Shown here: in pieces, positions 26,583 to 36,702 of the stretch
How positions within the stretch are numbered: position 1 is the first letter of the stretch
Layout of the letters: each line of letters begins with the position of its first letter
IMG/VR virus record: IMGVR_UViG_3300017766_000361
Location: 1 to 55,454 of that record
Strand: one strand, 5' to 3'
DNA: 55,454 nt
DNA from: a virus
Taxonomy: Duplodnaviria > Caudoviricetes
Position numbers and translations under genes: made by a program
Notes under the pieces: model-generated
Database searches by the model: none
Told to the model about the DNA's origin: nothing
The model's input: only the letters and a program-made list of their open reading frames with translations

Positions 26583-26850
26583 GATTAACAAAGAGATTCT
26601 GGAAGATGACGAGGCGTATCTGATTGTCCCAGAAGAGCATGTGAAGAAAGTCGCCATGCCCGAAACGGTATGGGCGAAGATTGACGATGATGGCAAGTTA
26701 GAAGTGCTGCGATGGGACATCATTCAAATGTACGCCGCAGAGTTTGATTCGCTGAACCGCAACGGCAAGAACAAGTCACAGACGCATGTGATTTGTAAGT
26801 TGCTTGTACTGGTACGCGATCAAGTCAAAAAGGAGTATGTCGATGGCTGA
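26575..26850 (+). CDS. Hypothetical protein
   Basis: 91 aa; AAGGAG RBS. Confidence 0.6.
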   Translation: MSEINKEILEDDEAYLIVPEEHVKKVAMPETVWAKIDDDGKLEVLRWDIIQMYAAEFDSLNRNGKNKSQTHVICKLLVLVRDQVKKEYVDG

Positions 26851-27046
26851 GAAGGACGAAGACGAAGCCTTTGAAATTGAGATGTCAGCGCACCCTTGGG
26901 GGTACGGACAGCAACGTAGAGAAGACTTTGAATTAGTTCTAGCCAAGGTAAGACAACACGGACTGTGGGAAGAAGCAGTCGTCATAGCACAAGAAGTGCA
27001 AGCATTGAGGGCTGAATTGGAGGCACTACGTGGAAGTCGAAGATGA
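26843..27046 (+). CDS. Hypothetical protein
   Basis: 67 aa; AAGGAG RBS. Confidence 0.55.
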   Translation: MAEKDEDEAFEIEMSAHPWGYGQQRREDFELVLAKVRQHGLWEEAVVIAQEVQALRAELEALRGSRR

Positions 27047-27224
27047 CATTTTAGATTTGATCCGGTCGCTGCCGAACGAGATCAATGACGCATCAACCAC
27101 AACCGAGATGAAGTTCCTCACCGTAGGTGGGGTTCTTTGGGCATGTCACGACGAGATTCAGCGGCTACGACGAGAAGTCGCTATGTTAAAAAAGGGTGGG
27201 AAACGTGGCGTTCGTAACACTTGA
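27030..27224 (+). CDS. Hypothetical protein
   Basis: 64 aa; GGAGG RBS; GTG start. Confidence 0.55.
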   Translation: MEVEDDILDLIRSLPNEINDASTTTEMKFLTVGGVLWACHDEIQRLRREVAMLKKGGKRGVRNT

Positions 27225-29064
27225 CTTTGAGACCTATTACGACTCCGACTATGGCTTGAAGAAATTTACGACTGAAGAGTACATCCGAAGTCCTAAGTTT
27301 GAAGTCATTGGCGTGTCGATGAAGATAAACGATGACACTCCGGTATGGTTTAGCGGTACACATGCCGAGATCAAAGCATGGCTGAACCAAGTTGACTGGA
27401 GTTCATCGGCGCTGCTCTGTCACAACATGATGTTTGACGGGGCCATCCTTGCGTGGCGGTTTGGAATCATCCCTGCCATGTACTTTGATACGCTCTGCAT
27501 GTCACGCGCAATACACGGCGTGGAGTCAGGGGATTCGCTTGCTGCGTTAGTCACGCGCTACGGACTGGGTGAAAAAGGAACTGAAGTAGGCAATGCGCTA
27601 GGCAAACACAGAACAGATTTTACCCCCGAGGACTTAGCGCGTTACGGCGCATACTGCATCAACGACACTGAACTCACGTTCAAGTTGTTCAACGCACTTC
27701 TGGCTGAAGGTTTCCCTACATCCGAGTTGCATCTGATCGATATGACGCTGCGTATGTACACCAATCCGGTGTTATGTATCGACGACGCCCTGTTAGTCAG
27801 TAGATTGGACGAAATCAAAGACGAGAAGAAAACTCTGCTGGCTGGACTGATGGACAAACTTAGTGCTGCTACCGAAGAAGATGTCCGCAAGAAGTTAGCA
27901 AGCAATCCGCAGTTTGCCGCCGTATTGAAAGAACATGGCGTTGAGCCGCCCAAGAAGATCAGCCCCACGACAGGCAAGGAGACATACGCTCTTGCCAAGA
28001 ACGACGAGGGGTTTATCGCGTTATCGGAACACGATGATCCATTCATACAACAACTGTGTGCCGTGAGACTCGGCACGAAATCAACCATAGAGGAGTCACG
28101 CATTGAACGCTTTATTGGTATTGGTGCTAGGAATCGCGGTCGGTTACCTATTCCGCTCAAGTATTACGGCGCTCACACAGGCCGTTGGTCGGGTATGGAT
28201 GCCGTCAACCTACAGAACCTTCCATCAAGAGATAAGAAAAAGAAGACACTCAAGAATTCGGTGGTCGCTCCGAAGGGTCATGCCGTTATCAACTGCGACT
28301 CGTCGCAGATAGAAGCGCGAGTACTCGCGTGGCTTGCGGGGCAGGGCGATGTGGTTAGGCAGTTCGCCAACGGCGAGGACGTTTACAGCGTGTTCGCTAG
28401 CAAAATCTACAAGCAGCCCATCACCAAGGCCAATCCGGTTGAACGGTTCGTGGGCAAGACTTGTATCCTTGGACTTGGGTACGGCACTGGCGCAGCGAAA
28501 TTGCGACATACTTTGAAGACGCAGCCGCCCGGCGCTGTTGTCAGCGAGGATGAAGCAAAGCGTATCGTAGATCTGTACCGAGAGCAAAACGAAAAGATCC
28601 CCGCCCTTTGGCGCGAATGTGATAACGCTCTGGCGCATCTGGCGGCATGGCCTACGGGTTCGCAGGAGTACACCCTTGGCGAACATAACGCCGTGTGGGT
28701 TAGCGCACACGGTATCCGTCTACCAAATGGGTTGTACATCCGTTATCCCAAGTTAGCGTCAGAAAACCGACAGTACTTTTACGAATCTCGGAAGGGTAAG
28801 GTCAGCATCTGGGGCGGCGCGATGGTTGAGAACATCGTACAGGCGCTGGCCCGTATCATCGTGGGTGAACAGATGCTTGAGATAAAGAAGCGGTACCGAC
28901 CTGTCTTGACCGTCCACGATGCCGCAGTTTGTGTTGTACCTACTAGTGAATTACAGGACGCATTAGTATACATTACTAGTATTATGTCTACGCCCCCGGC
29001 TTGGGCGGCGGGGCTACCGGTGGCTTGCGAGGCCAAGTACGGACAATCCTACGGAGAGTGCTGA
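27205..29064 (+). CDS. polA: DNA polymerase family A (3'-5' exonuclease plus polymerase, no 5'-3' exonuclease)
   Basis: ExoI DFET, HN..FD, Y...D; TGR.SG, NLQN, motif A D.SQIE.R, motif B R..GK...LG..YG, motif C VHD. Confidence 0.95.
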   Translation: MAFVTLDFETYYDSDYGLKKFTTEEYIRSPKFEVIGVSMKINDDTPVWFSGTHAEIKAWLNQVDWSSSALLCHNMMFDGAILAWRFGIIPAMYFDTLCMSRAIHGVESGDSLAALVTRYGLGEKGTEVGNALGKHRTDFTPEDLARYGAYCINDTELTFKLFNALLAEGFPTSELHLIDMTLRMYTNPVLCIDDALLVSRLDEIKDEKKTLLAGLMDKLSAATEEDVRKKLASNPQFAAVLKEHGVEPPKKISPTTGKETYALAKNDEGFIALSEHDDPFIQQLCAVRLGTKSTIEESRIERFIGIGARNRGRLPIPLKYYGAHTGRWSGMDAVNLQNLPSRDKKKKTLKNSVVAPKGHAVINCDSSQIEARVLAWLAGQGDVVRQFANGEDVYSVFASKIYKQPITKANPVERFVGKTCILGLGYGTGAAKLRHTLKTQPPGAVVSEDEAKRIVDLYREQNEKIPALWRECDNALAHLAAWPTGSQEYTLGEHNAVWVSAHGIRLPNGLYIRYPKLASENRQYFYESRKGKVSIWGGAMVENIVQALARIIVGEQMLEIKKRYRPVLTVHDAAVCVVPTSELQDALVYITSIMSTPPAWAAGLPVACEAKYGQSYGEC

Positions 29065-29065
29065 C

Positions 29066-29551
29066 ATGTTTTTGGACACAGTGCATACGCTGCGAAAAAG
29101 GTGGAGAGGGATGGTTGAAAAGGACGGGGGCCACTGCCCTGTCTGTGATCGGTGGGGCAAGGTCTACGCCCGTATCTTGAACGAGACTATGGCGATGTCG
29201 TTGATTTGGTTGTGCCAAGAGAAGGCACGGACGGGCAATGACTGGATCGACGTACCGAACACTGCTCCACGACTAGTCATCCGAAGCAATCAACTACCTG
29301 TTCTGACATCGTGGGGACTTATCGAACGCTGCCCCAAGGATCCCAATAAAGGTGGCGCACGGTATAGTGGTCTGTGGAGGCCGACTGCAAAGGGTTGGGA
29401 CTTCTATCGTGGCGTGATCAAGGTTCCCAAAAAGGCGTTCACCTACAACAACATCGTTGAAGGTTATAGCAATGAGGTTGTCAGCATTCAAGAATGTTTT
29501 GGTAAATTGTTCGACTACAACGAAGTAATGGCGAGTCGGTTTGATGATTAA
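29066..29551 (+). CDS. Hypothetical protein (CxxC, possible winged helix)
   Basis: 161 aa; GGAG RBS; CPVC. Confidence 0.7.
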   Translation: MFLDTVHTLRKRWRGMVEKDGGHCPVCDRWGKVYARILNETMAMSLIWLCQEKARTGNDWIDVPNTAPRLVIRSNQLPVLTSWGLIERCPKDPNKGGARYSGLWRPTAKGWDFYRGVIKVPKKAFTYNNIVEGYSNEVVSIQECFGKLFDYNEVMASRFDD

Positions 29552-30200
29552 GTGGTCATTCAGCGGGTTGAAGGATTTCATCAACTGCCCACGGCAGTTC
29601 TATGAGGTCAAGATTGCACAGAACTACACCAAGCGTGTGTCTGAGCAGATGACCTATGGCACTGCTGTACACAAGGCGTTGGAAGACTACGTAAGAGACG
29701 GCAGCCCTCTGCCAAAAAATTATCAGCAATACAAGAAATTCGTTGACCCGTTGCTCACTGTCGCTGGCGAACGCTACGCTGAGTATCAGATGGCGTTGGA
29801 TCAGAACAAGCAGCCCTGTGCATTTGATGCCTCTGAGTATTGGGTACGCGGTATCGTAGACTTGATGATTGTAGACAATGATCGTGCGTTCATCGTGGAC
29901 TACAAGACAGGTAGCGCACGGAACCCCGACCCAAATCAGTTGAAGTTGATGGCGTTGATGGCTTACTCCCACTTCCCCGACCTTAAAACTATCAAGGCTA
30001 GTCTCATGTTTGTCGCTCACAACACGTTGGTGTTTGAAGAGTACGAGCGAAAAGACCAACAAAAGTTGTGGGAAACGTTTGAACCAGACTTGAACCGATT
30101 GCAGATGGCCTACGCCAATAACATGTGGCCCGAGAACCCCGGTTTCTTGTGCCGCAAATGGTGTCCTGTCACAACTTGCAGATTCAATGGAGAACGATGA
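29544..30200 (+). CDS. PD-(D/E)XK exonuclease (RecB/Cas4-like)
   Basis: SFS....F..CP, G..VH..LE, GIVD, DYKTG, QL, C..WCP...C. Confidence 0.85.
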   Translation: MIKWSFSGLKDFINCPRQFYEVKIAQNYTKRVSEQMTYGTAVHKALEDYVRDGSPLPKNYQQYKKFVDPLLTVAGERYAEYQMALDQNKQPCAFDASEYWVRGIVDLMIVDNDRAFIVDYKTGSARNPDPNQLKLMALMAYSHFPDLKTIKASLMFVAHNTLVFEEYERKDQQKLWETFEPDLNRLQMAYANNMWPENPGFLCRKWCPVTTCRFNGER

Positions 30201-30454
30201 TGCCGTACGTCAATAAAGCAAGACCATACAAGAAAGAGTACAAGCAGCAAGTCGAACGCGACGAACATGGCGACCGTATGGAGCGTCAACGAGCGCGTCG
30301 GTCATACGACAAGAAAGGCGTGAACCGCAAAGGTAAAGACGTTGCTCACGTGAAGGCGCTGTCGAAAGGCGGCACTAACAAAGATGGCACTAGGCTAGAG
30401 CCACCCGCCAAGAATCGTTCGTTCCGTCGCAAATCGACTGGAGCGATGAAGTAA
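30197..30454 (+). CDS. Small basic protein with a degenerate HNH-like motif
   Basis: GKDVAH.K.LSKGG.N.......KNRS. Confidence 0.65.
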   Translation: MMPYVNKARPYKKEYKQQVERDEHGDRMERQRARRSYDKKGVNRKGKDVAHVKALSKGGTNKDGTRLEPPAKNRSFRRKSTGAMK

Positions 30455-30615
30455 TTCCGCACAAGGCATGAGTGTGCAGGAGTAGGAGGGGTTTCCACCC
30501 ACTTCCCCCTCTCGCGTTAATAGACATGGCGCGTAACCATGCCATCTGAAGCCGTCTCTCGCACCTCGTGTTTCCAGACGGTGATTCAGACGACTGGCCC
30601 CCGTAAGGGGCTTTT
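30455..30615 (+). ncRNA. Candidate structured RNA / leader upstream of the helicase gene
   Basis: About 180 bp of non-coding DNA in a tightly packed operon, with several nested stems and a terminal GCCCC-CGTAA-GGGGC-TTTT hairpin. Confidence 0.4.
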
Positions 30616-30636
30616 GACAACTAACAGGAAACGGAC

Positions 30637-32214
30637 ATGCAGATAATTCAAGACGCAGCAGTGAGGGTTGTACTGCCTAATCAAGCCGCCGATCAAGTAT
30701 TAGATACGGTTGAGCGCAGCAAGTTGATCGGTGAAGATGAGTACACGAAAGAGATTGTGGTGTATTGGGACTACGATGAGATGGTCAAGTTAGCCATCTA
30801 TTCCGATGCGGCATCTGTGACACCAATACAGTTCCCTTCCCCGATTACGCGAGATTATAAGTGGCCCGGTATCTATCGTCCGTTTAACCATCAAATAACT
30901 ACGGCAAGTTTCTTGAGTCTGCGCCCCCGCGCTTTCTGCTTCAACGAGGCAGGAACAGGTAAAACATCCGCTGCTATCTGGGCCGTTGACTATCTGATGA
31001 ACATAGGTCAGATCAAACGTGTACTGGTCATCTGCCCGTTGTCCATTATGTATTCGGCATGGCAAGCCGACATCTTCAAGACCGCGATGCACAGAACGTG
31101 CGGCGTAGCCCACGGCGATGCGTCCAAGCGTAAGAAGGTTATCGACTCAGAGTACGACTTCGTTATCATCAACTTCGATGGTGTGCATACCGTATTCGAC
31201 GCACTAGAAAAGGCGGCGTTCGACCTGATCATTGTTGACGAGGCTAGTGCATACAAATCTACACAGACTCGGCGGTGGCGCACCCTTGCCAAGTTGGTTA
31301 CACCAAATACTAGACTATGGATGATGACCGGCACGCCTGCGGCTCAGTCACCTACTGATGCGTTTGGTCTAGCCAAACTTATCTCACCGTGGCGCGTTCC
31401 GAAGTATAGTACTGCATGGCGCGACCGTGTGATGACGCAAATCAGCCGCTTCAAGTGGTTGCCCAAATTCAATGCGCGGGATGAAGTCTACAAAGCACTG
31501 CAACCGGCGATTCGTTTTACCAAGAGCGAATGCTTAGACCTACCAGATGTTGTGTATCAGACACGCGATGTGCCACTTACGACACAAGTCGAGCGTTACT
31601 ATAAAGACTTAAAGCGTCAACTCTTGATCGAAGCCGCCGGAGAACAGATCTCGGCAGTGAATGCAGCGGCTAGTTTAAACAAGTTATTACAGATATCTGG
31701 TGGTGCGGTCTACACCGACACACGCGAAGTGGTTGAGTTCGACATCTCACCGCGACTCAACACGCTCAAAGAAGTGCTTGATGAAACGTATAACAAGGTA
31801 GTAGTATTCGTACCGTACATACACACTATCGATGTTGTAGAGAAGTTCTTGCTTGGAGAAAACTACACGGTCGAAGTCATCAAAGGCTCCGTATCTCCTA
31901 AAGAACGCACTGCAATCATTGGTAGATTTCAGAAACAGAACGACCCAAAGATTCTTATCATCCAACCACAGTCGGCGTCACATGGCATTACGCTGACGGC
32001 TGCAGATACTGTCGTCTTTTGGTCGCCCGTGATGAGTGTTGAGACGTACTTGCAATGTGTTGCACGTATTGATCGCGTCGGACAAGTCAACAAGATGACG
32101 GTGGTTCATCTCCAAGGCTCCGATGTCGAGAAGAAGATGTACAACATGCTGCAGGGCAAAGTGGATAGCCACCAAAAGTTGGTGGATTTGTATAAACAGG
32201 AACTAGAGGAATGA
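30637..32214 (+). CDS. SNF2-family (SF2) helicase
   Basis: GTGKT, ICPLS, VDEAS, MTGTP, HGITLT.A, Q..ARI.R.GQ. Confidence 0.9.
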   Translation: MQIIQDAAVRVVLPNQAADQVLDTVERSKLIGEDEYTKEIVVYWDYDEMVKLAIYSDAASVTPIQFPSPITRDYKWPGIYRPFNHQITTASFLSLRPRAFCFNEAGTGKTSAAIWAVDYLMNIGQIKRVLVICPLSIMYSAWQADIFKTAMHRTCGVAHGDASKRKKVIDSEYDFVIINFDGVHTVFDALEKAAFDLIIVDEASAYKSTQTRRWRTLAKLVTPNTRLWMMTGTPAAQSPTDAFGLAKLISPWRVPKYSTAWRDRVMTQISRFKWLPKFNARDEVYKALQPAIRFTKSECLDLPDVVYQTRDVPLTTQVERYYKDLKRQLLIEAAGEQISAVNAAASLNKLLQISGGAVYTDTREVVEFDISPRLNTLKEVLDETYNKVVVFVPYIHTIDVVEKFLLGENYTVEVIKGSVSPKERTAIIGRFQKQNDPKILIIQPQSASHGITLTAADTVVFWSPVMSVETYLQCVARIDRVGQVNKMTVVHLQGSDVEKKMYNMLQGKVDSHQKLVDLYKQELEE

Positions 32215-32612
32215 ACATGTCGGTGAATACAGAGCAGATGGTAGATGCGTACCTTGCTATTCGCGGTGAACGCGAGAAGATTCTGCGTGAATACGAAGCG
32301 CAAGACGCACGATTGAAGGAAGACATGGCGAAGATTGAGGCCGCGCTTCTCAGCGTGTGCAATGACATCAACGCTGATAGCATCAAGACGACCCATGGTA
32401 CGGTGATCCGCAAGTTGAGTGAGCGGTTCTACTGCAACGATTGGGACAATTTCAGAAAGTACGTGCTTGAGAACGAGGCTGTGGAACTTCTTGAGCGCCG
32501 TATACACCAGAGCAACTTCAAGCAGCATTTGTCTGACCGGACTAATGACGGGTTGCCTCCCGGTGTGAGTGTGATGCGCGAGTTCGGCATCACGGTTCGT
32601 AAAGTCAGTTAA
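32211..32612 (+). CDS. Conserved replication-cluster hypothetical protein
   Basis: 133 aa; coiled coil, IKT.HGT, DW..F, LLE.RI, PPG. Confidence 0.75.
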   Translation: MNMSVNTEQMVDAYLAIRGEREKILREYEAQDARLKEDMAKIEAALLSVCNDINADSIKTTHGTVIRKLSERFYCNDWDNFRKYVLENEAVELLERRIHQSNFKQHLSDRTNDGLPPGVSVMREFGITVRKVS

Positions 32613-32637
32613 TACAGTTATTTAGTAGGAGTCAGTT

Positions 32638-33474
32638 ATGAGTACAGATATCATTGCCAGTTTGAAGAACGATCTTGCCGTCATCGGCGGTTTGGATGAA
32701 GACACCAAGGCTATTGCCGGTGGTTCACTTGGCGGTAACAAGCGCATCTCCATCAAGGGTGGTGTGTTCCGCAAGATGACCGGTGGCAAGGAGATCGGCT
32801 CCATCGAAGATCGGCACATGAACATCATTTTTGTGAAGATGTCTCACAAGCCGAGTCGTACTTACTACAGCGGCACGTACCGTGAAGGTGAGAAGGTCGC
32901 GCCGGTCTGTTGGTCAAGCAATTCTGAGACCCCCGATGCAGAGGTGAAGAATCCTCTTGCAGCACGTTGTGAGTCCTGCCCTATGTCGGTCAAGGGTTCT
33001 GGACAGGGTGGTAACGGTACGGCTTGCCGTCTGTCTTGGCGTACGGCAGTTGTGTTGCCGGGTGATCCCGGTGGCGACATCATGCAGTTGGTTCTCCCCG
33101 CCACGTCGGTGTTTGGTAAGGAAGAGAACGGTAAGTGGCCCTTCCGTGAATACGTGAAGATGCTTGCCAACCACAACATCGCAGCGGGTCGGGTCATCAC
33201 CAAGATGCAGTTCGACACCAAGTCGCCTGTGCCTCGCGTGGTGTTCTCGCCTGTGTCGGGCATCAATCCGAATGACCTTGATACGCTGACCAGTCAGAGC
33301 AAGAGTGCTGCTGCTGAAGCGTCTATCAAACTGACGGTCTATCAGAACGATGAAACAGAGGTTGCTGCTGCAGCCCCTGCTCCCACCAAGGAACCGAAGT
33401 TGCGTGAGACCAAGAAACAGACTGCTGCTCCGGCGGCGGATGTGTCTGACGTAATCAAGGAATGGACTAAGTAA
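32638..33474 (+). CDS. Putative ssDNA-binding / annealing protein
   Basis: 278 aa; RISIKG..FR, P.CWS, C..CP....GS...G.AC; lies between helicase and primase. Confidence 0.55.
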   Translation: MSTDIIASLKNDLAVIGGLDEDTKAIAGGSLGGNKRISIKGGVFRKMTGGKEIGSIEDRHMNIIFVKMSHKPSRTYYSGTYREGEKVAPVCWSSNSETPDAEVKNPLAARCESCPMSVKGSGQGGNGTACRLSWRTAVVLPGDPGGDIMQLVLPATSVFGKEENGKWPFREYVKMLANHNIAAGRVITKMQFDTKSPVPRVVFSPVSGINPNDLDTLTSQSKSAAAEASIKLTVYQNDETEVAAAAPAPTKEPKLRETKKQTAAPAADVSDVIKEWTK

Positions 33475-33485
33475 GTGAGGTTGTT

Positions 33486-33797
33486 GTGCCACGTTCGTAC
33501 AGCGAAGAATTTTTGCTTGATTTACAACGTGCAGACCCAACTCGTCTTGGGGTGCAACTAGGTAGGCTGTGCGTCGAGGCAAACCTTCCTGCCGCCTATG
33601 TAGCCCGTGCCTTGGAGACTTCACGCATGACCGTGTACAAGTGGTTCAGAGGTCGTGGTGTGCGAGAGAACAAGCGCAAGACAGTTGAAGTCTTCATGGA
33701 TTTGGTCAAGCAAGATATGGAGAAGGGGCTTTTTCCGGCCCCGACTTTGTTCGATGCAAAGAGGTACATAGAGGAAATGGTAGGCATCACAATCTGA
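33486..33797 (+). CDS. Cro/XRE-like HTH protein
   Basis: A.YVA..L..SRMTVY.WF.G. Confidence 0.7.
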   Translation: MPRSYSEEFLLDLQRADPTRLGVQLGRLCVEANLPAAYVARALETSRMTVYKWFRGRGVRENKRKTVEVFMDLVKQDMEKGLFPAPTLFDAKRYIEEMVGITI

Positions 33798-33816
33798 CAT
33801 CATAGGTTTTTATGTT

Positions 33817-33842
33817 GGCGGGGGTTCGACCCCGCCTTTTTT
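33817..33842 (+). terminator. Rho-independent terminator immediately before the primase gene
   Basis: GGCGGGG-GTTCGA-CCCCGCC followed by T6. Confidence 0.7.
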
Positions 33843-33858
33843 GTCTGCGGAAACGGTC

Positions 33859-36702
33859 ATGACACAACAATTTTACGAGAAAGCATTACCGTCGCAGGGT
33901 GTTTACTGTGTTACCGGAATCAAGGATGGCAAGGCCACCAATCGGTTTGCTGAAACACTTGGCGACATGCTTGAGATCATCGATGAACTCAAACAGTCTG
34001 AATCAAACGTATTTTTCGCACCCAACACTTACCAGAACTACAGCCGAAAGGCAGACAACGCCGAATACTGCAGGACGTTGTTCATCGACCTAGACGTTGG
34101 TGAAGATAGCAAAAAGTACACCACCAAAGATGAAGCACTGGCCGCGCTAGATGACTTCATCAAGATATCGAAACTACCCCCGCCCGTCCGGTTGGACTCC
34201 GGTGGAGGTGTCCACGCCTATTGGGTTTTTGATCAAGATATCCCGAGCGCCGAGTGGAAAGAGTACTCCTTGGCGTTCAAGAAGTTCTGCCTCGATTACA
34301 TCAAGATTGATCCTGCCGTCATGGGCGACACGGCGCGGGTCATGCGCTGCCCCAATACTACGAACTACAAGAATACTCAAGGGACTCAAACTCGTATTTT
34401 AGATGAACTTATCAATGTCTATTCGTGGGATAAGTTCAAGGAGTTCATGGGGCCGGTTGAGCAGACGACCGAATCGGTACTGTCTGGGATTGCCAAGGGG
34501 CTAGATAGCGACACTGAGATCATCGCCAAACTCGCCAAGTTCGATAACTACGAGTACACGTTCAAGCCGATTGCAATCAAAAGTTTGCAGAGTAATGAGG
34601 GCTGCGCTCAGATAAGACATGTGTTGGTCAATGCGGCAACGCTTGCTGAACCTTTGTGGAGAGCAGGGCTGTCCATTGCCATACGGTGTGTGGACGGGGG
34701 CGAGGCTATCCATACGATGTCCAAAGGGCATCCCGAGTACAGCCCGAAACTGACCGAAGCAAAAGCACAATCAACACTCAAGGCGACAAGTGCCTACGGT
34801 TGCGAAGCGTTCAATCAATTAAACCCCGGAGTCTGCGATGGATGTCCCCACAGAGGAAAAATCTACGGCCCTATCGAACTTGGACGGGAATTCAAACCGG
34901 CTCCAACGCTTGAAGAGGCTAGTTCGGAGGACGCAGTTCGGGGCCAAGAGAATTCCGAAGAAATTCCGCTATTTCCTTCAGCCATCCTCCCCTATGTACG
35001 AGGACGAACCGGAGGAGTCTTCTTCCTTCAACGTGGGAAAATAAACGAGTCGGGTGAGAAAGAACCCGATGAACTACTGCGTATCACGACGCACGATTTC
35101 TTTCCGGTCAAGCGGATGTTTAGCCCTACGGATGGCGAATGCCTTCTGATGCGACACATCATGCCGAAAGACCCGTTGAAAGAGTTTATCTTCCCAGTCA
35201 AGTACGCCTACGCGCTTGATAAGATGAAAGAACTGCTGAGTTCTAACAGCGTGAACTTCATGCCATCTATGGCGAAGTTTGTTTCTGAATACATCATCAA
35301 ATGGGACGAATATATGCAGTTACAGAAAGCGGCTGAAGTCATGCGGCAGCAGATGGGTTGGACAGAGAACAACGAAGGCTTTGTTGCTGGCATGACAGAG
35401 ATACTGATCAACGGAGACACGCAACCTGCAGCAACGTCCCCGCTTGCCAAGAACGTATCCAAGTTCATCAAGCCCGAAGGTGACTACGAGATCTGGAAGA
35501 AGTCAGCCAATGCGTTCAATCATGTAGGGTTGGAACTACACGCTATGGGACTCTTGGCAGGGTTCGGCTCACCGCTCATGGCCTTGACCAATACTCCCGG
35601 CTGCACCATTTCGTACATGTCACCGGAATCTGGTGTGGGTAAGACCGGCTCCATGTATGCAGGTGTTAGCGTATTTGGCAACCCGTTTTACCTGAGCCTG
35701 TCTGAAGGTAATGCTACAGACAATGCTCTGCTCGGTCGTTACCTGTCTCTCAAGAACATGTTGTTCGGGCTTGATGAGGCTACGAACATCCCCAACGAAC
35801 TTCTGGCACGGCTCATCCACCGCATCTCGCAAGGTCGCGCCAAGTTACGTATGCAGTCGAGCGTCAATGCTGAACGTGAGATTGAGTTTGCAGCGTCATT
35901 GATTGCGGTCATGACCACGAACCAGTCGCTCTATGACAAGTTGTCTGGGTTGAAGAACAGTCCAGACGGCGAGATGGCTCGTATCATTGAGTTCCGACTG
36001 CAGAAGCCGCAATGGTTTATCGAAGACCCGACTATCTCCAAGAAGATCGTTGATCCGTTCAACCACAACTACGGACACGCCGGGCCAGATTTTATCCGTA
36101 CTGTATACAAACTTGGCTTGCCGCGAGTGCGCGAAGTGATCAGCGACTGGTCAGACAAGTTCCGCGCTAGTTACGGGGCCGATGAAGCCTACAGATTCTA
36201 CGAGAATACGATAGCCACCTCATTTGCCGGAGGCGAAATAGCCGTTGCTGCGGGCATCGTCAACTTGGATTTGCAACGCATATTTGATGTCGTAATGGAG
36301 GAGATGAACAAGTCTCGCCGCACAATCTTCAGCCTCAACAGCACCGACTACAAGGAACTGTTCGGACTGTTCTTCAATAACAATCACAAGAACTACCTCA
36401 TCTTCAACGAAGACAAGGTAATTGCTGAGCCGTACGGCAACATCATCGTGGGGCGTATTGAAGCAGACAAGAACCTGCACTACATCTCCAAGAGCGAAAT
36501 GCGTAAGTTTTTGGCGCAGCCGGGACTGCAGGTCAGCGCCCGTGCAGCGGAGGAAGAGTGGCGGAAGTCTGGTATCCTCGTTGACCAGAAGAAGCAACGT
36601 TTGACTACAGGATGGAAGCAAGGCACGCACATGTCAGCCGTGTCGTGCTATGTCTTCAAGTCAGAACTGCCAGAAAACTTCTTCGATGATAAAGGAACCT
36701 GA
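33859..36702 (+). CDS. Primase-helicase (AEP/RepB-like primase, Cys cluster, DUF927 ATPase domain)
   Basis: FIDLD, SGGGVH.YW, D.AR.MR.P; C......CDGCP; ESGVGKT, LDE, TTN. Confidence 0.85.
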   Translation: MTQQFYEKALPSQGVYCVTGIKDGKATNRFAETLGDMLEIIDELKQSESNVFFAPNTYQNYSRKADNAEYCRTLFIDLDVGEDSKKYTTKDEALAALDDFIKISKLPPPVRLDSGGGVHAYWVFDQDIPSAEWKEYSLAFKKFCLDYIKIDPAVMGDTARVMRCPNTTNYKNTQGTQTRILDELINVYSWDKFKEFMGPVEQTTESVLSGIAKGLDSDTEIIAKLAKFDNYEYTFKPIAIKSLQSNEGCAQIRHVLVNAATLAEPLWRAGLSIAIRCVDGGEAIHTMSKGHPEYSPKLTEAKAQSTLKATSAYGCEAFNQLNPGVCDGCPHRGKIYGPIELGREFKPAPTLEEASSEDAVRGQENSEEIPLFPSAILPYVRGRTGGVFFLQRGKINESGEKEPDELLRITTHDFFPVKRMFSPTDGECLLMRHIMPKDPLKEFIFPVKYAYALDKMKELLSSNSVNFMPSMAKFVSEYIIKWDEYMQLQKAAEVMRQQMGWTENNEGFVAGMTEILINGDTQPAATSPLAKNVSKFIKPEGDYEIWKKSANAFNHVGLELHAMGLLAGFGSPLMALTNTPGCTISYMSPESGVGKTGSMYAGVSVFGNPFYLSLSEGNATDNALLGRYLSLKNMLFGLDEATNIPNELLARLIHRISQGRAKLRMQSSVNAEREIEFAASLIAVMTTNQSLYDKLSGLKNSPDGEMARIIEFRLQKPQWFIEDPTISKKIVDPFNHNYGHAGPDFIRTVYKLGLPRVREVISDWSDKFRASYGADEAYRFYENTIATSFAGGEIAVAAGIVNLDLQRIFDVVMEEMNKSRRTIFSLNSTDYKELFGLFFNNNHKNYLIFNEDKVIAEPYGNIIVGRIEADKNLHYISKSEMRKFLAQPGLQVSARAAEEEWRKSGILVDQKKQRLTTGWKQGTHMSAVSCYVFKSELPENFFDDKGT

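Noticed and set aside
29544-30200. Cas4 as part of a CRISPR system
   Set aside because: Stand-alone PD-(D/E)XK nuclease in the replication cluster, which is common in phages
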